DNA from: Candidatus Altimarinota bacterium
Lineage (GTDB): Bacteria > Patescibacteriota > Gracilibacteria > UBA4473
Assembly (NCBI GenBank): GCA_965231215.1
Contig: OZ246423.1
Span: forward strand, 416,571-480,570
DNA: 64,000 nt
Direction of reading: 5' to 3'
Shown here in pieces: positions 34,280 to 43,897 of this stretch (its first letter is position 1; every line of letters begins with the position of its first letter). The notes under the pieces are model-generated. The model made no database searches and was not told the origin of the DNA. It saw nothing but the letters and a program-made list of their open reading frames with translations. The position numbers and the translations under genes were made by a program.

Positions 34280-35539
34280 TTAATAATAAAGGTTTTTCAC
34301 AGGCCGTCCAACCGCTGGAGCGCCCCACTCTGGAGCGTTAATCCAGCTATTTCGACCAAACGGCTTGTATTCTAACGTGCAAAGATCAGGAACATCTACC
34401 ACCCTATAAAAAGGCCCTCCATTAATACTATGATCCAAAGTCCATGATTTTGGAGTTCCCCCATCAACACAGTACACACGTTTAAATTGAGAAAGTATCG
34501 TATAGGGATCACATCGTTGGCGAGCTGAATTAATACTTCCGTGATTCAGAACGGTTTCCTTCTCTTTTACCCGATAAACGCATTGATGATTCGCCTCAAA
34601 CATAAACTGCCCATAAAAGTTCCCTTCTAAAGTTATTTTTTCATCTCCAGGAATTAGGTGAGAAATCATCTGGGCTATAAATAAAAATACAATCACACAC
34701 CATCCTAGGATAGATTTTTTATCAATTGGAACCTGTAGTTTACTCAGCGGTTCATACGCAAAAAGAATAAGCAGTGGAACCCCCGCCATAAACGGAAATC
34801 TATACCCAACCAAAATAGCTGAATAGAGATGAAAGCCTACAAGAATCAAAAGTATCCCCGATCGCCAAATTTTATTCTGACTAAACAAGAACCACACGCC
34901 AAACAATTGAATAAAAATAAGCACATTGGTCCAAACTGGTGCCAGACTATCGGGGAAAATCGGCATTCCCAACTGGAGCGATGTAAAATAGGTCCCTAAT
35001 ATCCACCCAGGATGAAATTTCACAGCCGCTGCTAAAAAATAAAACCATATATCACTCAACCGTAAGAAGAACTTTTTGTGTGGTACACACAAAAATATAA
35101 GCGTAAAGATCGTATGGTATAGCTCAAAATTTGGTCGGGTATAAAAGGAAGTAAAAGTGATATAGCACTTCCATAAAAACAAAATCCAGAGAATTAAATA
35201 GACCCCTTTCCATCTTTGAAAATAAGCCAAATACAACCCTCCAAAGATAAATCCAAAGAGCCCAGAGTAAAAAATATTTTGGGAATACCCATCCGGCAGC
35301 TTGGAATCAATAATATACCAGTCTGTACAAGACTGAAAAAAAGGCCAGCATAATGGATTATGAGAGGTCCTTGCCGTATCAAACCCAATCCAATGCTCAA
35401 AACTCAACCAAAACCCAACTAATAAAAAAATCGCAAAAATTTGGAGTACTTTGCTGTTTTCAATTTCCTCTAGCCCAAACCATCGCTGGAAATATTGCCA
35501 GAAAAATAAATTTTCAAACCCTTTAATTAATTTTTGCAT
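34280..35539 (-). CDS. polytopic membrane protein, HTTM (vitamin-K-dependent carboxylase-like) family candidate, with Cys-containing C-terminal domain (paralog a)
   Basis: Track ORF of 419 aa with about 8 hydrophobic segments. Conserved blocks shared with the paralogs are CWPFF, PHKxFFLR, G(M/L)PIFPDS, FHLYS and IPGDE(K/R)xTxEGNFYGxxMFExNHQC. Further shared blocks are RCDPY, DHSxxGGPFYRVV..xDxCxLEYKxF and VGRPVxNxYY. The N-terminal pattern resembles the CxFPLL...NHSYL region of VKGC/HTTM. The CDS is solid; the family call is tentative. Confidence 0.6.
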   Translation of the reverse strand: MQKLIKGFENLFFWQYFQRWFGLEEIENSKVLQIFAIFLLVGFWLSFEHWIGFDTARTSHNPLCWPFFQSCTDWYIIDSKLPDGYSQNIFYSGLFGFIFGGLYLAYFQRWKGVYLILWILFLWKCYITFTSFYTRPNFELYHTIFTLIFLCVPHKKFFLRLSDIWFYFLAAAVKFHPGWILGTYFTSLQLGMPIFPDSLAPVWTNVLIFIQLFGVWFLFSQNKIWRSGILLILVGFHLYSAILVGYRFPFMAGVPLLILFAYEPLSKLQVPIDKKSILGWCVIVFLFIAQMISHLIPGDEKITLEGNFYGQFMFEANHQCVYRVKEKETVLNHGSINSARQRCDPYTILSQFKRVYCVDGGTPKSWTLDHSINGGPFYRVVDVPDLCTLEYKPFGRNSWINAPEWGAPAVGRPVKNLYY

Positions 35540-36789
35540 TAGCGGTAATAATTTTGTACTGGACGCCCTACAACTTTAGCTTCTGGTGGAAACTTAATCC
35601 ACTCGTTGTGAGAAAATATTTTATATTCCAAATCACAAATATCTGATTCCTCTACCACTCTATAAAAGGGGCCTCCATCAACACTATGATCTATTTTTAA
35701 AGAAACATCTTGATCGGAAGTGCAGTATTTTTGTTTAGCCTTAAACCACTCTTTATAAGGATTACATCGTCTTCGCGCATTTGCTCGGCTTCGAACCACC
35801 TCATCTGCCTCCCCCACCTTCAGCGTAATGCGACATTGGTGATTTGACTCAAACATATACAATCCATAAAAACTTCCCTCCATCGTTAACCGTTCATCTC
35901 CTGGGATAAAATTAGAAATCAACTGAGACACTAAAAAAAGCAAAGCTAACCCCCATCCCCACAAAGATTTTAAATCCAAAGGAGTTGCAATTTTTTTATA
36001 GTTAATCGTAAACAATACCAACAGTGCCGGAAATACGATTGATGGATAATGGTACTTTACAAAAATTATCGAATAGAGGTGAAATCCAATCATCACCCCC
36101 AAAGCCATAAATCGCCATTTTTTATCACTCAGCAAAAACCAGACTCCCATCATCTCAATCCCAATAACTAAATTAGTAAAAAATGGAGTCAAGCTGTCTG
36201 GAAAAATAGGGAGCCCCGTTTTAAGGGAAGTAAAATAAGATCCCAAAAGCCAACTGGGTTCTAGCTTTGAAGCAGTAGAAAGAAAGTAAAAAAAGACGAG
36301 ATAAAACCGAAGAAAAAATAATTTATGAGGAATAACCAAAAACCCCAAACAAAACATCAGATGATGATATTCGTAATTATTTATAAAATCCATCGATAAA
36401 CCTAGATGGTAGAGTTTCCATATAAAAAGCCCCACTAAACACATATGAGCCCAAACCCACTTTTTTTGGAAAAGAAAAATGCCTGCCAACAGCATAATCC
36501 CCAAAAGAAAAGCATAGAAAATTCCTTCACTATACCCATAAGGAAGAGCCTGCAGCATATACCATTCACCACAATCGGGCCAAAAAGGCCAGCAAACATG
36601 GTCTCCACTAAGCGCCGTTTCTTTCGTGGTATAAAAACGATGTGACCACCGCTTGAGCGTTACAAAATAACCAAGCAGCAGCACCCATCCAAAAAGCTGT
36701 AACACTTTAGAATTACCAATCTCTTGGACTGAAAAAAAACTTTCATATAGAGCTCTAGTTTTTCTGAAATACGGCACAAAAAAATTCAT
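35539..36789 (-). CDS. polytopic membrane protein, HTTM-like candidate (paralog b)
   Basis: Track ORF of 416 aa with the same conserved blocks as 34280..35539. Its stop overlaps the start of paralog a by 1 nt (TAATG), suggesting translational coupling. Confidence 0.6.
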   Translation of the reverse strand: MNFFVPYFRKTRALYESFFSVQEIGNSKVLQLFGWVLLLGYFVTLKRWSHRFYTTKETALSGDHVCWPFWPDCGEWYMLQALPYGYSEGIFYAFLLGIMLLAGIFLFQKKWVWAHMCLVGLFIWKLYHLGLSMDFINNYEYHHLMFCLGFLVIPHKLFFLRFYLVFFYFLSTASKLEPSWLLGSYFTSLKTGLPIFPDSLTPFFTNLVIGIEMMGVWFLLSDKKWRFMALGVMIGFHLYSIIFVKYHYPSIVFPALLVLFTINYKKIATPLDLKSLWGWGLALLFLVSQLISNFIPGDERLTMEGSFYGLYMFESNHQCRITLKVGEADEVVRSRANARRRCNPYKEWFKAKQKYCTSDQDVSLKIDHSVDGGPFYRVVEESDICDLEYKIFSHNEWIKFPPEAKVVGRPVQNYYR

Positions 36790-36979
36790 AAATTATAAAA
36801 ATAATAATATTTCAAAAACTTTTCTCAAAGACAAAACAACACAAATAAATTTAAAACAAAAACAAATATAAAAAGAATGATTTACAATATTTGCAATAAC
36901 ATTGATTTTACAATACCTATAAACCTCCCATAGAATTTCAGCAGAATAAAAAATCGTTTCTTAACCTCTTTTTTTTACC

Positions 36980-37267
36980 ATGGATAAAAACAGATTAATT
37001 GCTGGTGGCTATATTCTAGCCTCAATCGGTCTTTTTTATTCGGCTATTAACCTTTGGGTATGTCACGGTGGAACGGCTTGTGATGATGAAAGTATGGCAC
37101 AAGCGCAGAACATCAATATAAATGTTCCAACCGAATATGCTGGATGGTCTGGTCGAAATGATCCTTCCTTTTTCATTAACGCTCCTGGAGTAAGTGTCAC
37201 GATCCCTCCCCCAACTCAAGCCCCTAGCGGTTTCGGTGATGATGGTGATGGTGACGATGGTCACTAG
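36980..37267 (+). CDS. cassette 2 small membrane/secreted protein (S2)
   Basis: Track ORF of 95 aa. The segments IAGGYILASIGLFYSAINLWVC and AQNININVPTEYAGWSGRNDPSFFINAPGVSVTI align with S1. It has an acidic Gly/Asp tail ending in DDGH. Confidence 0.7.
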   Translation: MDKNRLIAGGYILASIGLFYSAINLWVCHGGTACDDESMAQAQNININVPTEYAGWSGRNDPSFFINAPGVSVTIPPPTQAPSGFGDDGDGDDGH

Positions 37268-37310
37268 AATCTAAACTCCATAAAACCTCATAACTATATA
37301 CTAACTAAGC

Positions 37311-39350
37311 ATGAATATTTCAAAAACCTGGTTCTGCTGGGTAGCCGTTGGCGTAATGCTCCCAACCTTTACCCTTACTAACGCTCAGGAACCTGATCTG
37401 GACCCTCAATCTCCAGAGCAGGCCTGTTTTACTCATCTAGCAAATGCGGCTTCCAATAGTAGTAAATTTTCTGGATTAGATCTTTCAAATGTCACAAAGA
37501 TTGCCGAAAACGGAAGAGGTCGTCGGGCTGAATCAAAGCCCTTTTCGGTCGCCACCTATGATGAATTCAAAACTATTGCCGAAACCCCAATCCCAATGCT
37601 AGGGATGCATATCGGACGATTTCCAAACAATACAGAAAGAATTCCTCATCGATACCGAATAGAACCTGAAATTCATAAAGCCAATCGTGGTAATGTACTC
37701 ATTGTAATTTATGGAGATGGTTCTCAAACTAGTATTGGCAATGTAGATGATGATCCAGAACTAGAATATATTGATGGATACTATTTAGATACTCAATATG
37801 CTACTTTTGGTAGATCTACAGATTTTGAATTCTCCTTTAAGTCATTTGATGGAGAACCAGCAAAAGGACAAGATTACCCATATGGAGCTCCCTATAAAGA
37901 TCTGAGGGAATATCTTATCTTTACCCATCACTTGAGTGATGCTAAGGGAGGAGATTTTGTAAGTTGTTCGCTTGTGAAACTGACTCCGTTGGGAGACTAC
38001 GCTCTTAAATCATACAGAGGCGAGAAGTCTGTACGATGGCAATACTACGGAGGAGACCGTGTAAATGGCACCGACTTTGCGCTTGAGGATGCACCTGCTA
38101 TTGACGGTCATCAGTTTAGAGTAGCCGATATTAGATTCTTAGTAGCCGCTAAAGAGGCGCTAGAAGATGGTGGCTATTCTTGGGCTAATGATTTGGCTCA
38201 TATTGATACTATCACGGTGCTTTATGACAACGGGAGCAACTTTTACAATGAATATGAAACTGGCCCTATCGCAGAAAGTGTAATGACGGATCCAAACAAT
38301 ATGGGGCTCAGTTACATGGAAATGCGAGCGTCTGTTTATCAGGCTATTATCGATCGTTTAGATCTAGGCATTATGGGAGAAGGAGACGTTGTGGGGCTTA
38401 GTGCTCAACTTTTAGCCAGTACGCTTGACGCTCCAGACAAACCAACAAGTCAAAAAGCTGGTCCAGTTATGGCTGAAGGACTTAAATTCGAAACTTTTCA
38501 AAAAATCAGAGAAATTGAAGATAAAACGACAAGAGATCTTCTATGGTCAGCTTCCATACCAGGACGAATTGACCGTCGGCTTGGTATCGACAATAAAACC
38601 GAAGATCAAATGAACGAATTTGAGAAAAAACGTGCCGCCAGCACGCTTAATAGACAAGCAGTATTAGAAAATATCGAATATGTTATCAACCAAGCGGATG
38701 ATGTGAGTGCCATTACTATTGATAATATTGAATATAAAGATATTGAATTTGGAGAATCGTTTATCCCAGCTAGTGATAGACGAGTTCGTGAAGTAGCAGA
38801 ATCTGCTTACGTTCAACCAGAGGTAGAGGCCTTAATAGCTGAAAAAGAAAGTGAAATTGCTAAAGCCGAAGCCCTCTCTGTGAATAAAGATGATGTGGCA
38901 ACTCAACAAGAAACTTTCACGCAAATAAAAAACATTGAAGATGACTACCATGGCAAAATCAATACCCTCTTTACCTTTGAAAACGAATACAAGGAACTAA
39001 AAATCACTTCTCTAGACATAGCCAACAAAAAAGAAAGAGACCACATCTCTGAATCTGAATATGAGGCTGCAGGACGAGATTTAATTAAGCATTTTGATGA
39101 GATTGTAAATAAAACTCAAGTCAAAGCTGAAGGCTTAATTACCCAAGAAAGATTAGAGGAACTAAAAGATGGACTTGTTGGAAAAAGCATCGCTACTCAA
39201 AACGTAAGCAAGCTACCAACCGCCTCAACAAAACCCCCAGTGGCTCCAGCCAAATTTACGCAAAATATGTATGGGGGAATGGCTTTAATCCTTATTATTT
39301 TGGCTATCTTCCTTGGGTGGCTTGGACTTTCACGCCTGAAAGGAAAATAA
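37311..39350 (+). CDS. cassette 2 exported protein with C-terminal TM anchor (M2)
   Basis: Track ORF of 679 aa with a signal peptide (WFCWVAVGVMLPTFTLTNAQ) and a C-terminal TM plus basic tail (GGMALILIILAIFLGWLGLSRLKGK). Blocks shared with M1 include DYPYGAPYxDxREYLxFTHHLS, RWQYYGGDRV, LDLGIMGEG and QLLASTL. Confidence 0.85.
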   Translation: MNISKTWFCWVAVGVMLPTFTLTNAQEPDLDPQSPEQACFTHLANAASNSSKFSGLDLSNVTKIAENGRGRRAESKPFSVATYDEFKTIAETPIPMLGMHIGRFPNNTERIPHRYRIEPEIHKANRGNVLIVIYGDGSQTSIGNVDDDPELEYIDGYYLDTQYATFGRSTDFEFSFKSFDGEPAKGQDYPYGAPYKDLREYLIFTHHLSDAKGGDFVSCSLVKLTPLGDYALKSYRGEKSVRWQYYGGDRVNGTDFALEDAPAIDGHQFRVADIRFLVAAKEALEDGGYSWANDLAHIDTITVLYDNGSNFYNEYETGPIAESVMTDPNNMGLSYMEMRASVYQAIIDRLDLGIMGEGDVVGLSAQLLASTLDAPDKPTSQKAGPVMAEGLKFETFQKIREIEDKTTRDLLWSASIPGRIDRRLGIDNKTEDQMNEFEKKRAASTLNRQAVLENIEYVINQADDVSAITIDNIEYKDIEFGESFIPASDRRVREVAESAYVQPEVEALIAEKESEIAKAEALSVNKDDVATQQETFTQIKNIEDDYHGKINTLFTFENEYKELKITSLDIANKKERDHISESEYEAAGRDLIKHFDEIVNKTQVKAEGLITQERLEELKDGLVGKSIATQNVSKLPTASTKPPVAPAKFTQNMYGGMALILIILAIFLGWLGLSRLKGK

Positions 39351-39375
39351 AACACAACCTTGCTAAAAATAAAAT

Positions 39376-42300
39376 ATGAATTTAAAAAAAATCCTACAGC
39401 TTTCAACGGCCGCTCATTTGATCCTAATGAGCGGCATTGTTTTAGCTCAAAGCAATACCACCAACATCCAAACCAGTATTACCAATACCTACACTAATAA
39501 TACCACTAGTGTTAATACCCAAATTATTGGCCGTAATGCTGGAGGTGCAAGTCCTCATGATCTGAGTTCAGCCTCACCAAACAGGCGTATCCCTATCGGA
39601 CTAGGTACACTCAGTCAAACCCCTCGACTGGATGGAACGAGTCAAAAACGAGAAGGCGTATGGTATGTATCGTTACGACGAAGTACGATTTCTGGTGTTC
39701 AAACTGGAAACCAAATTGTACGACACGATCTCACCCCTCCTCGGTGTAATAACCAATGGCCAATCGGACTCAATGGAGAATGGACTAACGCTCCCATTGA
39801 ATTTGATGCTGGAGATCCCGGCGTCTGTACTGATCAACTCACGCAAAATGGAGTCACTTATGATAACCGTGGAGCTGGATGTCGAAGCGGGGAAAAAGTC
39901 CGTGTGCTCCAGCATGGACAAAGTGTTAATTTTCCTATTACAGACAATGTAGGAAACCAAAAACCTGGTGGATGTACTACACCCCCTTCTAAAATTGATT
40001 GTCGACTCCCCATTGTAAGCTCACTTCTACTACAACATAAAGGGTTGAACCTTAACACGGAAACTCCGAGTACGAATGCCAGCACACCAAATACTTTCCG
40101 TGCTGATGATGGAGTGCTAAATTTGGTAATGGAACTTCGAGACGCCGAAGAATCTATTTCCTGCGGACTTTCTGGCATTAACTGGAATGAACTGAGCCAT
40201 GAAAGTGAAATTGGAGGTCTGCAATACCAATTGGCTAATCTCATTGATGAATTAGCCCTTATGGAAGACGAATACGACCTTAAAAAAGCAGAAGAAATTG
40301 TAGCCAAAGGGAATGTTATTGAATCTAGTATTGGAAAGCTAAGCCATGAGCTACAAAGAAACCTATGGAAACAATCTTTCCAAGCCTTAAATCTATCTGA
40401 TTCTATTGTAAAACAACCCCTTGCAGAGTTCCAATCTCAACTAAGCGTTTTAGGAGGGCGAACTATTGAGAAAGCCAATATGGATATCATTATGGAGATT
40501 CTTGAAAGTGAAAAATTTGATGACCTAGATCAAAGAGATGATTTTGTAAATGCCCTTCAAGACACGAATCTTGAGTTCTTAGAATCTCAAATCAGTAACT
40601 ATATATTCTTAGCTAATGATACCGTGAACAACTTCGACGTCCCCTCAAAAGGAGCTCCAGATGAGATTGAGGGATTCTCACGCCTCACAAACCTACTCAA
40701 TGAGTGGCAGGCTGAAATTACAGAAAATTATGCGCACGTAATCCCGAATTGGACAGAATCTATTCTTGCAACAGATACGGCCATAAACGACCAGTATAAT
40801 GATCCATACCTTCCCTACAAAGGCGCTCACGATGGAACGAATATTCAGGTTAAAATGGCTCAACTTTACGAGTATACCCCAGAAGATAATCTCCCCCAAC
40901 TCACGACTAACCTTGAGAGTGGAGCTAATCAATCCAGACTCAATATTGGAGAAGCCATTCTACAATTAGATCAACTTAATAGCGAGATGAGCTCTGTTAT
41001 TACTTATCTTAATAACTACGACCCAGTAGATGGAGAATTTGATCCAAGCCCCGTTGAAGAGCTTATTGATAGAGCCTTAAACTTTCAACTAAGTGTCGAG
41101 ACCGTTCAAGCAGATTTAGATGAGTTTTTAGGAATTCTTGGAAATCCTCTCTCTGAATTTGATTACTACAAAGTCCTCCCAACAGATGCTATTATTTCTA
41201 GCTTAGATAGTACTATCTCAGACTACCAAACAGAACTCACTTCTAATATTTTTGAGCTTGAAACCAAAAAAACTAATACCGTCGCTTTACTGGCACAAAT
41301 CGAAACTAAAAACGAAGAAATTGCGGCCGTTTCAGCTCGTATTATCGAACTTCAAGAAGAAAGTATTGAGGATGACAGTGCTGACCTAAAACAACTAGAA
41401 ATTTCTCACGTGGAGATTGAAAGAACTACCGGCCCAAGCAAAGTAGAAGAATTCATTAACCTATCTCCCACACCAGTCGGGGGGGATATTTATGAATGGA
41501 ATATTAATCAGTATACCTTCCCTGGAGAAAGTTATCCTATCTTCTCTCAGGCCGGAGACTACAAAATTACTCTTAGGATTTACGATAAAGCCGGTAACCA
41601 GGTGACCCCTAACCGGATCGCTCATATAAGAATTCATCCGGCCGCCGCCCACGAAACCCAAACAGAAAACACTCTCACTCACGATTGTGATAAAACAAAC
41701 CTCTGGGCCAACTACAGTGATCGATGTGATATTGATTTCACCGTCAAAGATGAATGGGAAAATCCTATTGCACAAAATTCTGCCCTAGAGATTTATGCCG
41801 TTACACAAGATACAGAAGGTTCTTACGACATCATTACTGGAAATGGGGAAAACTACCCCAACGGGCTCAGGTTTGACGCAGGGGTCAAAGTAGACGGTAA
41901 ACACAAAGTTAATTGGAATAGCAGCACCAGTGGCGCTCAAAACATGAAAATGAGAGCCATACTCCCAACCGTAAATATCATTAACGGTATCGACGGAGCC
42001 GCTCTAATGTCTGTCAGTCGAAAACCACTCGCTCTAAATTTTATTTATCCACAAGTAAATGAGAGAGGGCTTGTGCAGCCTGAAACTCAGAACTTTGGCA
42101 TTGATATCCACGCAAGATTCAAACCTTGGGTTTATCTACACCTAAGTGATAAACAAGATAACCAACCTCCAACCAGCCCTTGGGTCGTTCAAAAAGATGT
42201 AGAAAAATGTATCTATACTTATGCTACAACCGAGTCTTCTTCTAGAAACTTGCCGAGAAACTTCAATGTATACCTCAAAGGCCATACAGACAATGGCGTG

Positions 42301-43842
42301 ATTCTTTACAATAAAGATCTTAAATCACCCGAAAAAGGATACCCTATTACTTTCCGAAACATTATTGGGGTTTCCAGCGCTGAAAACGATGGAACCACGG
42401 GTTCTCCTGCCGCAGAACAAACCTGTACACATCTAGGATTCTCTGGCGGTCAGGTAAACGTAAGCTCTGCTTATACTTCTAGAATTGAATATGTCGTAGA
42501 TGGAAAACAAATTGTTCTACCAGGGGGTAACCTTGGAATGTTCGCAGGAGAAAGTTGTGTCTTTGCTGACATTTGTCCTGTGAGCTGCCCAGCAGATCCT
42601 CCAGTAGGACACCGATGTCATATTTGTTCTCTCTACCCTGACCTCTGTTGTACAGACCCAGTGGCTTGTAATCCAATCTGTACCAGTCCGCCCTGTTCTG
42701 GAGTTCCTGTTTGTACTAATCCTCCTTGCTCTGGTTTAGCCGGAGGCGGTGATGACGACGACGATGATGACGACGACGATGACGATGATGATGACGATTT
42801 TGCAGTTGAATGTGCCGGACTTACCCCTCAAGAATGTATCTGTCAGGTGATCCTCCCAGGCTCTTGTGTAGAAACTGAGTACCTAGAACCAGGCGCTGAT
42901 ATTGAAGGTGGTTTCCTCGCTTCAGACGATGAATTTGTGTACATCAATTCTCAAACTAAAACCATTGAAGTAAACGATGAAGCCGTTGGCCTTGGAGACA
43001 CTTTCGTAACAGACGTACGAGAAGATGTTAATAGAAATATCTACGATATCACTCGAGGTATCCCCGCTATTCCAAACAGTGGAAATACCATTGATCTAAA
43101 ACTTCGAGATCTAGAACACAAAGGAATCACTTACATTGAGGGCGGTTTAGTCAGAATCGGTTTCCATAGTAATGGAGCTGTCGGGACTCAGAATAATCCG
43201 GCCCAAATGTCAGGCGGAGCCCATACCCTCATCATCAAAGACGGGAACCTCCTAATCGCTGGTGACCTAGCTTATGACTCCATTGATGATTCATTCGGTA
43301 TTGTGATGCTCAATACCAGCAGCGAAACTCCATTCTTAGCTGGACCTGACGTTGGTAATGTCTTCATCCACCATAACGTAAAACACGTAGTTGGAAACAT
43401 CTACGCTGATGGCTCTATCCTCAGTACTTCATCTCTCTCCGCTCCAACAGGCATAGAACCCGATATTGTAGCTGAACGAGAAAACATTGATGGAGTCCTA
43501 AAACAACAACTCATACTTACCGGCTCTATTCTTACAAGAAACACCCTTGGAGGCTCCCTTCTGGTAGAACCTAAAGATCCTTGGGGCAGAGTCGTCTCTA
43601 TTGAAGACGCTCAAAAATATGACCTTCACTATATACGAAGATACCTTCCTCGGTTTGAGAGCCCCTCTCCTGGCGTGATTCTCCATCAAAACAAACCAGA
43701 CTGTACTCAATTCGCTCCTGATGTCTGCTACGACAATAAACACTCCTTCATCATTAGAATTGACCCAAGAATCAGAGAAAATCCCCCTCCTGGGTTTAGC
43801 CTCTCAGAATCTGTTGATTTCCAATCTAATTTTGGGAACTAG
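39376..43842 (+). CDS. cassette 2 giant secreted protein (G2)
   Basis: Track ORF of 1488 aa with a signal peptide (LSTAAHLILMSGIVLAQS). The N-terminal 639 aa are homologous to G1 but strongly diverged. The C-terminal 849 aa are identical to G1. Confidence 0.9.
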   Translation: MNLKKILQLSTAAHLILMSGIVLAQSNTTNIQTSITNTYTNNTTSVNTQIIGRNAGGASPHDLSSASPNRRIPIGLGTLSQTPRLDGTSQKREGVWYVSLRRSTISGVQTGNQIVRHDLTPPRCNNQWPIGLNGEWTNAPIEFDAGDPGVCTDQLTQNGVTYDNRGAGCRSGEKVRVLQHGQSVNFPITDNVGNQKPGGCTTPPSKIDCRLPIVSSLLLQHKGLNLNTETPSTNASTPNTFRADDGVLNLVMELRDAEESISCGLSGINWNELSHESEIGGLQYQLANLIDELALMEDEYDLKKAEEIVAKGNVIESSIGKLSHELQRNLWKQSFQALNLSDSIVKQPLAEFQSQLSVLGGRTIEKANMDIIMEILESEKFDDLDQRDDFVNALQDTNLEFLESQISNYIFLANDTVNNFDVPSKGAPDEIEGFSRLTNLLNEWQAEITENYAHVIPNWTESILATDTAINDQYNDPYLPYKGAHDGTNIQVKMAQLYEYTPEDNLPQLTTNLESGANQSRLNIGEAILQLDQLNSEMSSVITYLNNYDPVDGEFDPSPVEELIDRALNFQLSVETVQADLDEFLGILGNPLSEFDYYKVLPTDAIISSLDSTISDYQTELTSNIFELETKKTNTVALLAQIETKNEEIAAVSARIIELQEESIEDDSADLKQLEISHVEIERTTGPSKVEEFINLSPTPVGGDIYEWNINQYTFPGESYPIFSQAGDYKITLRIYDKAGNQVTPNRIAHIRIHPAAAHETQTENTLTHDCDKTNLWANYSDRCDIDFTVKDEWENPIAQNSALEIYAVTQDTEGSYDIITGNGENYPNGLRFDAGVKVDGKHKVNWNSSTSGAQNMKMRAILPTVNIINGIDGAALMSVSRKPLALNFIYPQVNERGLVQPETQNFGIDIHARFKPWVYLHLSDKQDNQPPTSPWVVQKDVEKCIYTYATTESSSRNLPRNFNVYLKGHTDNGVILYNKDLKSPEKGYPITFRNIIGVSSAENDGTTGSPAAEQTCTHLGFSGGQVNVSSAYTSRIEYVVDGKQIVLPGGNLGMFAGESCVFADICPVSCPADPPVGHRCHICSLYPDLCCTDPVACNPICTSPPCSGVPVCTNPPCSGLAGGGDDDDDDDDDDDDDDDDFAVECAGLTPQECICQVILPGSCVETEYLEPGADIEGGFLASDDEFVYINSQTKTIEVNDEAVGLGDTFVTDVREDVNRNIYDITRGIPAIPNSGNTIDLKLRDLEHKGITYIEGGLVRIGFHSNGAVGTQNNPAQMSGGAHTLIIKDGNLLIAGDLAYDSIDDSFGIVMLNTSSETPFLAGPDVGNVFIHHNVKHVVGNIYADGSILSTSSLSAPTGIEPDIVAERENIDGVLKQQLILTGSILTRNTLGGSLLVEPKDPWGRVVSIEDAQKYDLHYIRRYLPRFESPSPGVILHQNKPDCTQFAPDVCYDNKHSFIIRIDPRIRENPPPGFSLSESVDFQSNFGN
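41293..43840 (+). repeat. 2,548-bp near-identical direct repeat, copy 2 (3' part of G2)
   Basis: See copy 1. Identity starts at gcacaaatcgaaactaaaaacg and ends at the first base of the stop codon (TGA in G1, TAG in G2). The flanking sequence is unrelated. Confidence 0.95.
42751..42798 (+). repeat. (GAY)16 poly-Asp tract in G2
   Basis: It has the same sequence and length as 30954..31001. Confidence 0.95.
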
Positions 43843-43861
43843 AAACGAAAATAAAAAGAAA

Positions 43862-43887
43862 AGAGCAGGCCAAGGCCTGCTCTTTTC
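43862..43887. terminator. bidirectional terminator between convergent G2 and the RnfD-like gene
   Basis: The GC-rich palindrome agagcaggcc-aa-ggcctgctct (43862-43883) is flanked by an A-run upstream and tttt downstream. Confidence 0.7.
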
Positions 43888-43897
43888 ATAACTGAAC

